Below the pieces are notes generated by a model. That model searched no databases. It saw only the letters and a program-made list of their open reading frames with translations, and was not told the origin of the DNA. From Thermoproteota archaeon (lineage in GTDB: Archaea > Korarchaeota > Korarchaeia > Korarchaeales > Korarchaeaceae), in assembly GCA_015522685.1 (NCBI GenBank), contig WALU01000001.1:1-14739 (forward strand): a stretch of DNA of 14,739 bases, written 5' to 3'. This document shows positions 5,828 to 14,350 of this stretch, piece after piece (the stretch's first letter is position 1; each line of letters starts with the position of its first letter). Both the position numbers and the translations under genes were made by a program.

Positions 5828-7933
5828 TCATCCCATCCATAATAGCAGGTAAAGGAGAATTAGCATCAGTCCTAGGAAAAATACTAGAAGATACTGGTTT
5901 ATGATGCCTGTCTGAATCTTTCTTACAGCAGAGCCTAACGCTTTGAATGCTTTGACAACCCTATCATTGTAAGTATCATCAATCACATCTGTTTCAAAGT
6001 ACTTGAAGCCTAGAATGCTCAGCTTATTGGTCAACCAGGGTATGAAGCAATGATAGAAGCCGTCTATCATAAGAGTTTCAAAGTACTTGAAAATAGTCCT
6101 GGAAAGCCAGGCAAATCCTTCCACTATAACTATGTAATAGATCGAGTTTATGTACCATCTATCATAGAGGAAGTCATGGAGCACCTTACCTGTGGGATTC
6201 TTTATGGCAGTATGGATCCATTTCCTTCCGCCTGAAGTATAATAGAGACCTATTGCTATCAGAATGCCCATGAACATCATTGCTAGCGAGATAGCAAGCA
6301 TTCCTAGATTGAACTCGAGGCTAGGATAGAACTTATCAGCTATACCCAATACATTACTCACCATGGCCTTTAGGAGTTCAGTACCGTAGATGGGCCATAC
6401 CAATCCTATTATGAACGCTAGGAGGGCTAGAGTGAGGTATGGTAGTAGCATGAGTAGATGGACCTCATGAAGGCGATGCTCCTCCTCCAGACGGAGGACA
6501 TTTTCAGATTTCTCATATAAAAATGTTCTGATAACCATTCTAGTTGAGTAGAAAGCTGTGAGCATTGCTGTTACGACTCCGAAGAAGTATCCTATGAAGA
6601 CTCCTGATTCATGAGCTACTTCTATTATTGTATCCTTAGTCCAGAAGCCCATGAATGGAGGCATCCCCATTAAGCTCAAGGCAGCAAGGCTCATGGCTAA
6701 GAAGGACCATTTCATGATCTTCCAGAGGCCCCCCATATCATCTATAAATCTAGAGCGAACTACATGAATCACAGCACCAGCAACGAGAAATAGAGATGCT
6801 TTAAATATCGCATGGCTCATCAGATGAGATAATCCAGCCAAGAAGCCCAGTGGAAACTCTGCGATGAGTCCTGCTGAACCAAGAGCTAGGAACATGTACC
6901 CGAGCTGAGAGGCTGTTGAGAAAGCAAGTATGAGCTTCAGCTCCCTAGCGACTAGAGCTTGGGTTGCCATAAAGAATGCAGTGAATCCCCCGATTATAGC
7001 CACTGTCGAGAAGAATGCATGTACTTGAGGCCTAGCTGCAGGGATTTCCTGTGCAGCCAAGACGAATATTGGAGAGAACCTGAGAAGAAAATAAACTCCA
7101 GCCTTGACCATGGTTGCAGCATGTATTAAAGCGCTAACTGAAGTAGGACCTGCCATTGCTGTGACAAGCCACTCGTGGAAGGGAAACTGAGCTGACTTGG
7201 CGAAAGCCCCCAAAGAGAACAGCAGAAGGAATGGAAAGAGAAGACCATTGTGAGCCAGCGGACCAGCCCACTGAACAACTTTCTGAGCTATTCCTGGAAT
7301 TGAGAACGTTCCTGTTAGATAATAGAGCGCCCCTATACCTGCTACAAAGCCTACATTTCCTAGCCTCGTGAATACCATTGCTCTAAGCCCAGCATGGCTT
7401 GGAGAGAACCACATAGGCTTTCCTAGAGCCTTTCTCCCTATGTCTCCCATGCACCTCCTGTCCTCATCGGTATACCAATGCCCTATCAGGGCGTAAGATG
7501 CTAGCCCTGTGCCTTCCCATCCTAAGAACATAAGTACCAAGTTATCGGCAAGCACCAGCAGAAGCATGTTCCCTACGAAGAAATCGAAGAAGAACCAGTA
7601 CCTTGTTAGGCCCGAGTCTCCTTCCATGTATTTCAAGCTATATATAGCTATTAGGAAGCTAAGCCAAGCAACAATCAACGCCATGAAGGCGGACAGGGAG
7701 TCTATGTAAACACCGAAAGTAACTCCTATCGATGATATCCATGGATATGATATATGTATTGCATGATTAGCAGTCAGTTCTTCTTGAAGAACTAATGTGG
7801 AGAATATCGCAGAGCCAAAGATCGCTAAGACAGCTATTATATCCCTAGATTTACCTGCTCTATTTAGAAGAAGCGTCAGTATAGCACCTAGATAGGGAGT
7901 TAGCCAAGTGAAGAAGGCATAATCCATTATCAT
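5828..7933 (-). CDS. nuoL: Complex I-like antiporter subunit L with extended transverse helix
   Basis: 701 aa. Motifs FLGWEGTGLASY, AKSAQFPFHEWL, GPTSVSALIHAATMVKAG, LAFSTASQLGYM, HAIFKASLF, GFWTKD and a C-terminal IQTG plus TM helix. Confidence 0.95.
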   Translation of the reverse strand: MIMDYAFFTWLTPYLGAILTLLLNRAGKSRDIIAVLAIFGSAIFSTLVLQEELTANHAIHISYPWISSIGVTFGVYIDSLSAFMALIVAWLSFLIAIYSLKYMEGDSGLTRYWFFFDFFVGNMLLLVLADNLVLMFLGWEGTGLASYALIGHWYTDEDRRCMGDIGRKALGKPMWFSPSHAGLRAMVFTRLGNVGFVAGIGALYYLTGTFSIPGIAQKVVQWAGPLAHNGLLFPFLLLFSLGAFAKSAQFPFHEWLVTAMAGPTSVSALIHAATMVKAGVYFLLRFSPIFVLAAQEIPAARPQVHAFFSTVAIIGGFTAFFMATQALVARELKLILAFSTASQLGYMFLALGSAGLIAEFPLGFLAGLSHLMSHAIFKASLFLVAGAVIHVVRSRFIDDMGGLWKIMKWSFLAMSLAALSLMGMPPFMGFWTKDTIIEVAHESGVFIGYFFGVVTAMLTAFYSTRMVIRTFLYEKSENVLRLEEEHRLHEVHLLMLLPYLTLALLAFIIGLVWPIYGTELLKAMVSNVLGIADKFYPSLEFNLGMLAISLAMMFMGILIAIGLYYTSGGRKWIHTAIKNPTGKVLHDFLYDRWYINSIYYIVIVEGFAWLSRTIFKYFETLMIDGFYHCFIPWLTNKLSILGFKYFETDVIDDTYNDRVVKAFKALGSAVRKIQTGIINQYLLVFFLGLMLILLYLLLWMG
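5991..6091. repeat. 17-bp exact direct repeat GTTTCAAAGTACTTGAA at 84-bp spacing inside nuoL
   Basis: Copies at 5991-6007 and 6075-6091, both encoding FKYFET. Confidence 0.9.
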
Positions 7934-7939
7934 TAAGGT

Positions 7940-9460
7940 TCACCCTGGAACGGGCAACTTGAGAAGGTTGTTTAAGCTGGAGATCATTGGATCCACTAGG
8001 AACTGAGGCATGAGGAAGAATATCATGCCTACTGCAGCGATGACTATCATGGGAATGAGTAGAGTCCATCTCGCCTCTATTGCATGCTCTGTAGATTCAG
8101 TGGTCTTACCAAAGAATATCCTCTTCATGGCGATGAACGAGTAAGCCGTGGATAATCCTATCCCTATCAGGAGGAGTATTGTTGTGGAGATGAATTGATT
8201 TATCTCTATAGCGAAATTAGCTACGCCAGTTAGTATCAGAATCTCGCTCCATAGCCCAAGAGAAGGAGGAACTCCTGTTATATGCATGAAGCCTATGAGA
8301 GCTAGGGATGCCGTTATCGGCATCTTTGAGGCGAGGCCCCCCATCTTACTCAGGCTCCTCAGTCCATGAAGCTGAGTTATCAGCACACCTGCCGTGGCAA
8401 ATAACAGTGCCTTACCAATGGCATGAGCAGCATAGTGCATCAAAGCGCCTGCCATACCAATTGCAGATACGCTTGCCACTCCCATGAGTATATATCCCAT
8501 TTGGGAGACACTAGAGTATGCGAGGAACCTCTTGAAGTCGTCTTGAGCCAAAGCCATCAAGCCTCCATATATAATAGTCAATAATGCCCATCCAAGCATG
8601 TAAGGTGCTATAGCTCTGAAATCAGCTGGAAATAGCACGTAAGCTATTCTTATTAGAGCATATCCAGCTATGCCTATAAGATTTGAAGATAAAAGAGCTG
8701 AAACTGTTGTTGGAGCCTCCGCGTGAGCGTATGGTAACCATATATGTACTCCAAAGACTGCCATTTTCACAAAGAGCCCTATCACTATAGTCATGAAGGC
8801 TGCGAACCTTATGGCCTCAGGCAGCGTCTCACCTAACCCTAGGTTCGCGACTATCTTTATCGGATTGAAATAGTCAAAGGTTCCGACGTTGAGTCCGAGG
8901 ACTAAGGCACCTACTAGAAAGGATAAAGCGCCAACATGAGCCCATATTAGATACAGCAGGGCTATTCTCTCTCTTTTTCCGTATCCATAGAAGGCTATGA
9001 GGAGGAAGCTTGGAAGGAGAGCTACTTCCAGGAATATGTAGAACTCTATTAGGTTATTAGAGAGGACAGTTCCTATCATTGTAGCAGAGAAGAGTATGTA
9101 TAGCATGTAGTAAACTCCCCAACTCGCTGGTTTATGATCCTCTTTCTTCATCTCCTCAAATCTATGATCCATATACTTCAGTGAATACCAAGCTATCATT
9201 GAGGTGACTAAGCCAATGGAAATAGCGAGGGGAGCACTTATAGAGTCAAGCAGCATGGAGAAGTTTCCTATTGCTGGATTTGAGAAAAACACCGGATCCA
9301 AAACTGGTTCCCTAAGACCGTAGATAACCGAAAGCCAGGAGATCACTGCTAGTGGTATAAGTAGCAGGATCGTGCTGATAGTTGCGAATGCCTTCTTTCT
9401 CCAGTTCAGAAATGGAAAAACTAGAGATATTATCATAGGTATAACTATAGATAGGAACAT
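7940..9460 (-). CDS. nuoM: Complex I-like antiporter subunit M
   Basis: 506 aa. Motifs FYIFLE, VKMAVFGVHIWLPYAHAEAPT, KRFLAYSSVSQMGY and GLWSE. Confidence 0.94.
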   Translation of the reverse strand: MFLSIVIPMIISLVFPFLNWRKKAFATISTILLLIPLAVISWLSVIYGLREPVLDPVFFSNPAIGNFSMLLDSISAPLAISIGLVTSMIAWYSLKYMDHRFEEMKKEDHKPASWGVYYMLYILFSATMIGTVLSNNLIEFYIFLEVALLPSFLLIAFYGYGKRERIALLYLIWAHVGALSFLVGALVLGLNVGTFDYFNPIKIVANLGLGETLPEAIRFAAFMTIVIGLFVKMAVFGVHIWLPYAHAEAPTTVSALLSSNLIGIAGYALIRIAYVLFPADFRAIAPYMLGWALLTIIYGGLMALAQDDFKRFLAYSSVSQMGYILMGVASVSAIGMAGALMHYAAHAIGKALLFATAGVLITQLHGLRSLSKMGGLASKMPITASLALIGFMHITGVPPSLGLWSEILILTGVANFAIEINQFISTTILLLIGIGLSTAYSFIAMKRIFFGKTTESTEHAIEARWTLLIPMIVIAAVGMIFFLMPQFLVDPMISSLNNLLKLPVPG

Positions 9461-9485
9461 ATAGGGAATTTTCAGTATCGTATCA

Positions 9486-9791
9486 TCACCCTTTGAATTT
9501 CCTCAATTCGTACACATCTAGGGTCTTTCTCATCCTGAACATCATTATGGCTATGGAGACTATGACACCAACCTCAGCAGCTGATAGGGAGATAGCTATT
9601 ATTACAATAGCACCCCCCATGGCCCCATAAGCAGCATCTAATGATGCTAGGGAGAGAAAGGTCAAGAGTGCGGCATTGAAGATAACTTCAGCAGAGAGGA
9701 GCATTCTTATTATGTTCCTCTTTGTGATAAGCCCATAAACGCCAATAGCGAAGAGAATAGAGGATACTATCAGATACCAAAATACCTCCAT
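9486..9791 (-). CDS. nuoK: Complex I-like subunit K
   Basis: 101 aa, 3 TM helices. Motifs LFAIGVYG..KRN, SAEVIFNAA and AAEVGV (both conserved Glu). Confidence 0.93.
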   Translation of the reverse strand: MEVFWYLIVSSILFAIGVYGLITKRNIIRMLLSAEVIFNAALLTFLSLASLDAAYGAMGGAIVIIAISLSAAEVGVIVSIAIMMFRMRKTLDVYELRKFKG

Positions 9792-9796
9792 TTTCC

Positions 9797-10279
9797 TTAT
9801 ACCTCCCTCCTCGCTATTGTTATTGCTCCAATCAGGGCAGTCATTAGCGCCATAGCAGCAACTATGAGGGCAAACCAGTACTTAGTAACTAGGAGAGATG
9901 TTAGCTCCCTGTAGTTTAGGAAGAATGAAGGCTCAGCCGAGAAGGGCGAGAGGACTTTTATGAGAATTATGGTGAGTATTATAACAGATAACACTGCTAA
10001 GGCTTTGATAGGAGGTTCAACTGAAGGAGCTTCCTTTAACATTGCGACTGAGAATAGTATGAATGTAACTGCAGCACCAACATAAACTGAGAGGTGAAAA
10101 AGTGATATTATAGGGAAGCCGAGCAGTGCGAATAGGATCGCATTTCCAACCCCGAGCATTGAGAGGAAGAATGCAGAATATACTATCGACTTATGATAGA
10201 CTATGAATATCGCAGCTATTATTGATAGAGTCGAGGAGAGAAGGAAAATCATTGTAATAGGATTACTCCACAGGCTCAT
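9797..10279 (-). CDS. nuoJ: Complex I-like subunit J
   Basis: 160-aa hydrophobic protein. Motifs VYSAFFL, VYVGAA and ALIGAITIARRE. Lies between nuoI and nuoK. Confidence 0.9.
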   Translation of the reverse strand: MSLWSNPITMIFLLSSTLSIIAAIFIVYHKSIVYSAFFLSMLGVGNAILFALLGFPIISLFHLSVYVGAAVTFILFSVAMLKEAPSVEPPIKALAVLSVIILTIILIKVLSPFSAEPSFFLNYRELTSLLVTKYWFALIVAAMALMTALIGAITIARREV

Positions 10280-10754
10280 ATCTCAATCCCCTCTCTTCAT
10301 CCAGAATGGCTCTCATTTTTTTGGGCTTCTTCTTGTATTGAGGCTTAGGAACTCCCTCCCTGAACTTTTCGGGTGGATATACCTGTTCCTCGAGTGTATT
10401 ATAAACAACATCATGCACTTTAGTGAATTTCAATGAATTGGTTGGGCAGATTGCGACACAGAATCCGCAGAAAACGCACCTCGCGTAGTTAATGCCTGGC
10501 CTTCTCACGGGCTTCTTTCCCTCCTCCGATTCTTCCTTTGATATATACATCTTCATAGCATCTGCTGGACATACCATGGCACAGAGGCCGCACTTTATGC
10601 ATGTATCCCAATTGTACTTTATCATCCCCCTATATCCATCTGGAAATTCCTCTATCTCATCGGGATACATTAGAGTCATTCTCTTACTTGAAACTAAGTA
10701 CTTAATGCCTGTAGCTAGGGCTTTAACATGACGAATGGTCTTATCAACGGACAT
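10263..10754 (-). CDS. nuoI: Complex I-like subunit I (2x[4Fe-4S])
   Basis: TLMYP...GYRG, CIKCGLCAMVCP and CVFCGFCVAICP. Confidence 0.95.
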   Translation of the reverse strand: MSVDKTIRHVKALATGIKYLVSSKRMTLMYPDEIEEFPDGYRGMIKYNWDTCIKCGLCAMVCPADAMKMYISKEESEEGKKPVRRPGINYARCVFCGFCVAICPTNSLKFTKVHDVVYNTLEEQVYPPEKFREGVPKPQYKKKPKKMRAILDEERGLRYEPVE

Positions 10755-10755
10755 T

Positions 10756-11775
10756 TCACATGCCTCCCGTTATCGTAACAATACCTAACGAGATGAATAT
10801 GGCTAGTATGGAAAATGGAAGAGCCATTTTCCAGCCTATATTCATCGCCTGATCTATCCTGAACCTTGGATAGACAGCTCTAAGGAATACCCCTATGGCG
10901 ATAAGGATGAATGCCTTGGCAAACAGCATAGCTCCTGGTAAGAGAGGATTATCCATCATTGAAGCTGGCAGTGGGTTCCACCCCCCTAAGAACAGGATTG
11001 CATAAACTAGGCTTAGGACATAGAGCTTCACGTAAGATGCACCCATTACTAGGCCATACATTATTCCACTGTATTCTGTATAAGCTCCAGCTACTATCTC
11101 GCTTTCAGCCTCAGGTATTTCAAACGGGAACTTGCCCGTCGACATGTATATAAGCACAAGCATAGATATTCCAGCTACTGGGTTAAGAAAGAGTCCCCAT
11201 ATTCCTTTTTGGGCCTCAGCTATATCTACTAGATCTAAGCTGCCGTAAAGGACGGCCATAGATAGTGCAGAGAGAAACATAGGTATCTCATAGGAGATGA
11301 CTAAATATCCCTCTCTAAGGCCCCCGATAAGAGAAAACTTATTATTACTGGCCCATCCCATCAATACGGTGAATATTGGAGCTAATGTCGTAAGGGTCAG
11401 TAATAATAAGAGGCTAAGATCACTTCTGAACGCGTAGAATGTTGGACTAACTGGTATAACTACCGTGGGCAAGTAAGCTAGGCCGAATAGCATGATAGGA
11501 GTAAGGAGAAATGCTATTTTATCAACAGTCTTGGGAATTATCGGCTCTTGGAATAGATCCTTTAGGAGGTCTGCTACTGTCTGTATGACTCCCCCTAGAG
11601 GCTTAAATACATATAAAGGTCCATACCTAAGCTGAACCTTCGCTGCTATTTTTCTCTCTAACCAAATAATCATCAATAGCATTATGAATATGACCGTTAG
11701 CCCAGGAAATATTAAGGGAATGAATATGCAGGGCCTGAATAACAAGCTTATTAGGAAACTTAATAGATCCTGCAT
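10756..11775 (-). CDS. nuoH: Complex I-like subunit H
   Basis: WLERKIAAKVQLRYGP, GWASNNKFSLIGGLR, ISYE, PFEIPEAESEIVAGAYTEYSG and PRFRIDQ. Confidence 0.96.
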   Translation of the reverse strand: MQDLLSFLISLLFRPCIFIPLIFPGLTVIFIMLLMIIWLERKIAAKVQLRYGPLYVFKPLGGVIQTVADLLKDLFQEPIIPKTVDKIAFLLTPIMLFGLAYLPTVVIPVSPTFYAFRSDLSLLLLLTLTTLAPIFTVLMGWASNNKFSLIGGLREGYLVISYEIPMFLSALSMAVLYGSLDLVDIAEAQKGIWGLFLNPVAGISMLVLIYMSTGKFPFEIPEAESEIVAGAYTEYSGIMYGLVMGASYVKLYVLSLVYAILFLGGWNPLPASMMDNPLLPGAMLFAKAFILIAIGVFLRAVYPRFRIDQAMNIGWKMALPFSILAIFISLGIVTITGGM

Positions 11776-12944
11776 TATCTATCAGCCTCCGGTGGGAAGT
11801 AATCTAAGCTACCGTAAATCGCGGGTATATCCGCAACCCTAACTCCTCTGTTAAGGTGCTCGAACAGAATAACATTCCTGAATGAAGGAGTGACCATTCT
11901 CATCCTGTAGGGACTCATCTTACCATCGCTAATTATGTGAAAAATTACCTCTCCTCTACCTCCCTCAACCCTGCTTATCGCCTCTCCTGCTGGGATCCTT
12001 AGGTTCGCAAATATTCCAGGAAACTTTACTTCTCCTGTCTCCTTCATATATTCCCTCATCTTAGGTGAAATTGCCTTTATATACTTCTCATGGAGTATAG
12101 GGCCTTCTGGCATCTTCTTTAGGACCTGCCTGATTATCCTTATGCTTTCCTGTATCTCCTTCACCCTCACCATCACCCTAGCAAATGCATCGCCTACTTT
12201 CTCTGTTATGATGTCAAAATCTATGTCTGGATAAGCGGCGTATGGCTCTACCTTTCTGACATCGTAGGGAACTCCACTCGCCCTCAGGTTCGGTCCAGCC
12301 ACTCCTAATCTTATTGCATCCTCTTTGGATAGTACGCCTACTCCTTCAAGCCTTGCTCTTGTAACTGGATTATTTAAATAGAGATTGAAGTAATCCTTCA
12401 TCCTGTTTTCCATATATCTCAATGCTTTCTCCACTTTCTCAGTGAACCTACTTGGTAGTTCCCTCCTCACACCTCCAGGTATTATATAGGAGTATGAGAG
12501 CCTCGCTCCGGTGAGCTCCTGAGCTAATTCTATGAATGGCTCTCTATCACCGAAGCACCACATATAGGCCGTTGAGGAGCCTATCATTACCCCATGGATT
12601 CCTAAACCATAAAGGTGACTGTGTATCCTGTTTATCTCTGCCAGCAGGGTCCTCAGATATTGAGCTCTGGGTGGGGCCTCTAGGCCTAGAAGCTTCTCAA
12701 GGGCCATTACATAGGCTAGATTATTGGCAGTAGTATCAGCTAGCGATGGTCTCTCGACTAAGGGTATTATTTGGAGGAACTTCTTCGCCTCAGCCAGTTT
12801 CTCAACAGATCTATGAACGTATCCTATATTAGGCCTGAGTTCGACCACTATATCGCCGTCTATCTTCGCTATCATTCTCATGTGGCCCGATGCCGGATGC
12901 TGAGGCCCTATCAATACTTCAAGCTCTCTTTCCTCCAAGCTCAT
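11775..12944 (-). CDS. nuoD: Complex I-like subunit D (no NiFe-binding cysteines)
   Basis: GPQHPASGHMR, IGYVHRSVEK, AEINRIHSHL, TGARL, GPNLRASGV.YDVRK, EGGRGE, PYR...TPSF and GSLDYFPPEADR. No CxxC at either end. Confidence 0.94.
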   Translation of the reverse strand: MSLEERELEVLIGPQHPASGHMRMIAKIDGDIVVELRPNIGYVHRSVEKLAEAKKFLQIIPLVERPSLADTTANNLAYVMALEKLLGLEAPPRAQYLRTLLAEINRIHSHLYGLGIHGVMIGSSTAYMWCFGDREPFIELAQELTGARLSYSYIIPGGVRRELPSRFTEKVEKALRYMENRMKDYFNLYLNNPVTRARLEGVGVLSKEDAIRLGVAGPNLRASGVPYDVRKVEPYAAYPDIDFDIITEKVGDAFARVMVRVKEIQESIRIIRQVLKKMPEGPILHEKYIKAISPKMREYMKETGEVKFPGIFANLRIPAGEAISRVEGGRGEVIFHIISDGKMSPYRMRMVTPSFRNVILFEHLNRGVRVADIPAIYGSLDYFPPEADR

Positions 12945-13417
12945 GCATTTATTCCCTCCGTCTTTATTTTGAACTCCTTCCTCAATGGAGGTAAGCCCTC
13001 ATAGGATTCCGGTAGGAGTAACCTTTCCCCCATCCTTGGGTGCCCCTCGAACACTATTCCCATGAGATCATGCTCCTCATGCTCTTGGTAAAAAGCACTA
13101 GGCCATACCTCTATGAGGGATGGTGTTGTAGGGTCGTTGTAGGGTAGATCTGTCCTTAGATTGATTAGGAAGAATGCTAAATCAAGATTGGAGTATGATG
13201 AGGCTATGTAAACCACTTCAAACCTTTCATTGGGATAATCTATGGCTGTCACTGCTTTAACATGATCGAATCCCAAGGCCTTCAGCTTCTTAGCTACCTC
13301 TACTATCTTATCCCTAGAAACATTGATATTTATCACGTTGGGCTCTTTTCCGCTGATCTCTGCACTCAGCTCTCTTAATCCTTCTTCAATCCTGCTCTTA
13401 AGCTCCTCAAAATTCAT
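12941..13417 (-). CDS. nuoC: Complex I-like subunit C
   Basis: GFDHVKAVTAIDYP, WPSAFYQEHEEHDLMGIVFEGHP and PPLRKEF. Confidence 0.94.
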   Translation of the reverse strand: MNFEELKSRIEEGLRELSAEISGKEPNVININVSRDKIVEVAKKLKALGFDHVKAVTAIDYPNERFEVVYIASSYSNLDLAFFLINLRTDLPYNDPTTPSLIEVWPSAFYQEHEEHDLMGIVFEGHPRMGERLLLPESYEGLPPLRKEFKIKTEGINA

Positions 13418-13907
13418 ATTTCACCAACTCTCCCTTCCTTATCTTCCTTTGCAGCATAATTATGGCCTGAGCTATCCCTTCTGGCCTTGGAGGACATCCA
13501 GGTACGAAAACGCTTACTGGAAGTATATCCTTCGGCCTCACTATGTTGTAACTGTTCCAGAATATGCCGCCATCTATACCGCAAGCCCCCATTGCTACCA
13601 CGAATTTAGGTTCAGGCATTTGCTCATATACCCACTTTGCTGCTTCTCCCATCTTCTTGCTCAGAGTTCCCTCTATGAAGAGAACATTGCACTGCCTTAT
13701 CCCAATGAAGGGGAGGAAGCCAAATCTCTCAGCATCGAACTTTGGAGCTACTGCAGCAGCGAACTCAGCACCACAGCAAGATGTAGTAAAGTGTACTGGC
13801 CATAGAGAGAAAGCTATACCCCAATCCCTTATGTTCCTGATTGGAGTCTTATTTATTAACCATGCCGCCGCCTTCTTGGCAGCCTTATCCAAGTTAGCAA
13901 CCCACAT
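13407..13907 (-). CDS. nuoB: Complex I-like subunit B (cluster N2)
   Basis: SLWP..TTSCCGAE (tandem CC), YEQMPEPKFVVAMGAC and VPGCPPRPE. Confidence 0.96.
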   Translation of the reverse strand: MWVANLDKAAKKAAAWLINKTPIRNIRDWGIAFSLWPVHFTTSCCGAEFAAAVAPKFDAERFGFLPFIGIRQCNVLFIEGTLSKKMGEAAKWVYEQMPEPKFVVAMGACGIDGGIFWNSYNIVRPKDILPVSVFVPGCPPRPEGIAQAIIMLQRKIRKGELVKYEF

Positions 13908-13919
13908 GCTATCTACCCT

Positions 13920-14306
13920 CTAACGCATAGACCATAGTTCAAGCCTCTTTGCATAGCATATACCAAAGATGAGGGGAGATACTAGAATAGCTACCATGGC
14001 CGTGAAAAGGAGAGAGACATTGAAGATGTACCTATGAGCTTCCAATAAAAACAGAAACGAATATATCATTACAGGTTCCAGCATCAAGAATAGTATCAGA
14101 AATGGATAATATTGCATTATAAAAAGTCCTCTTGCTCTCCCCTGCGGTGGATTGGCGCATTCATATCGTTCCTTTTTCTTAGGAAGGTCCTTAGAGGGGG
14201 CTAGTAATTTTCCTAAGATTAGCCCAATAGCTCCTAAACCTACACCTATAACTATGCCTAGGGAAAATGTTATGAGCACATTGTTTACTAAACCAAGACC
14301 TTCCAT
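13920..14306 (-). CDS. nuoA: Complex I-like subunit A
   Basis: KKERYECANPP, QYY..LILFLMLE, 3 TM helices and a LELW end. The ORF track starts at TTG 14336, but ATG 14306 (MEGLGL) fits the promoter spacing better. Confidence 0.92.
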   Translation of the reverse strand: MEGLGLVNNVLITFSLGIVIGVGLGAIGLILGKLLAPSKDLPKKKERYECANPPQGRARGLFIMQYYPFLILFLMLEPVMIYSFLFLLEAHRYIFNVSLLFTAMVAILVSPLIFGICYAKRLELWSMR

Positions 14307-14338
14307 TGTCCCTTGCCCTATTCGAAATCGAAACAATA

Positions 14339-14350
14339 GTTAAAAGCTTT
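14339..14350 (-). promoter_or_regulatory. BRE/TATA promoter of the nuo operon (AAAGCTTTTAAC)
   Basis: Purine-rich BRE followed by TTTTAA 34-39 nt upstream of ATG 14306. Confidence 0.55.

Noticed and set aside
5991-6091. CRISPR-like repeat
   Set aside because: There are only two 17-bp copies, in frame inside nuoL, explained by a protein-level duplication.
11775-13907. Group 4 [NiFe]-hydrogenase or Mbs interpretation
   Set aside because: The large subunit has no N- or C-terminal CxxC or catalytic Cys and ends in PEADR. The small subunit has the complex I tandem CC, and no Mrp Na+ module or hyp genes are present.
1097-14343. Short alternative-frame ORFs from the track (1097, 3481, 6050, 7509, 7860, 10203, 10492, 10959, 12536, 12771, 13323, 13564, 14152)
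   Set aside because: They are antisense or out-of-frame shadows of well-supported genes, with no recognisable motifs.
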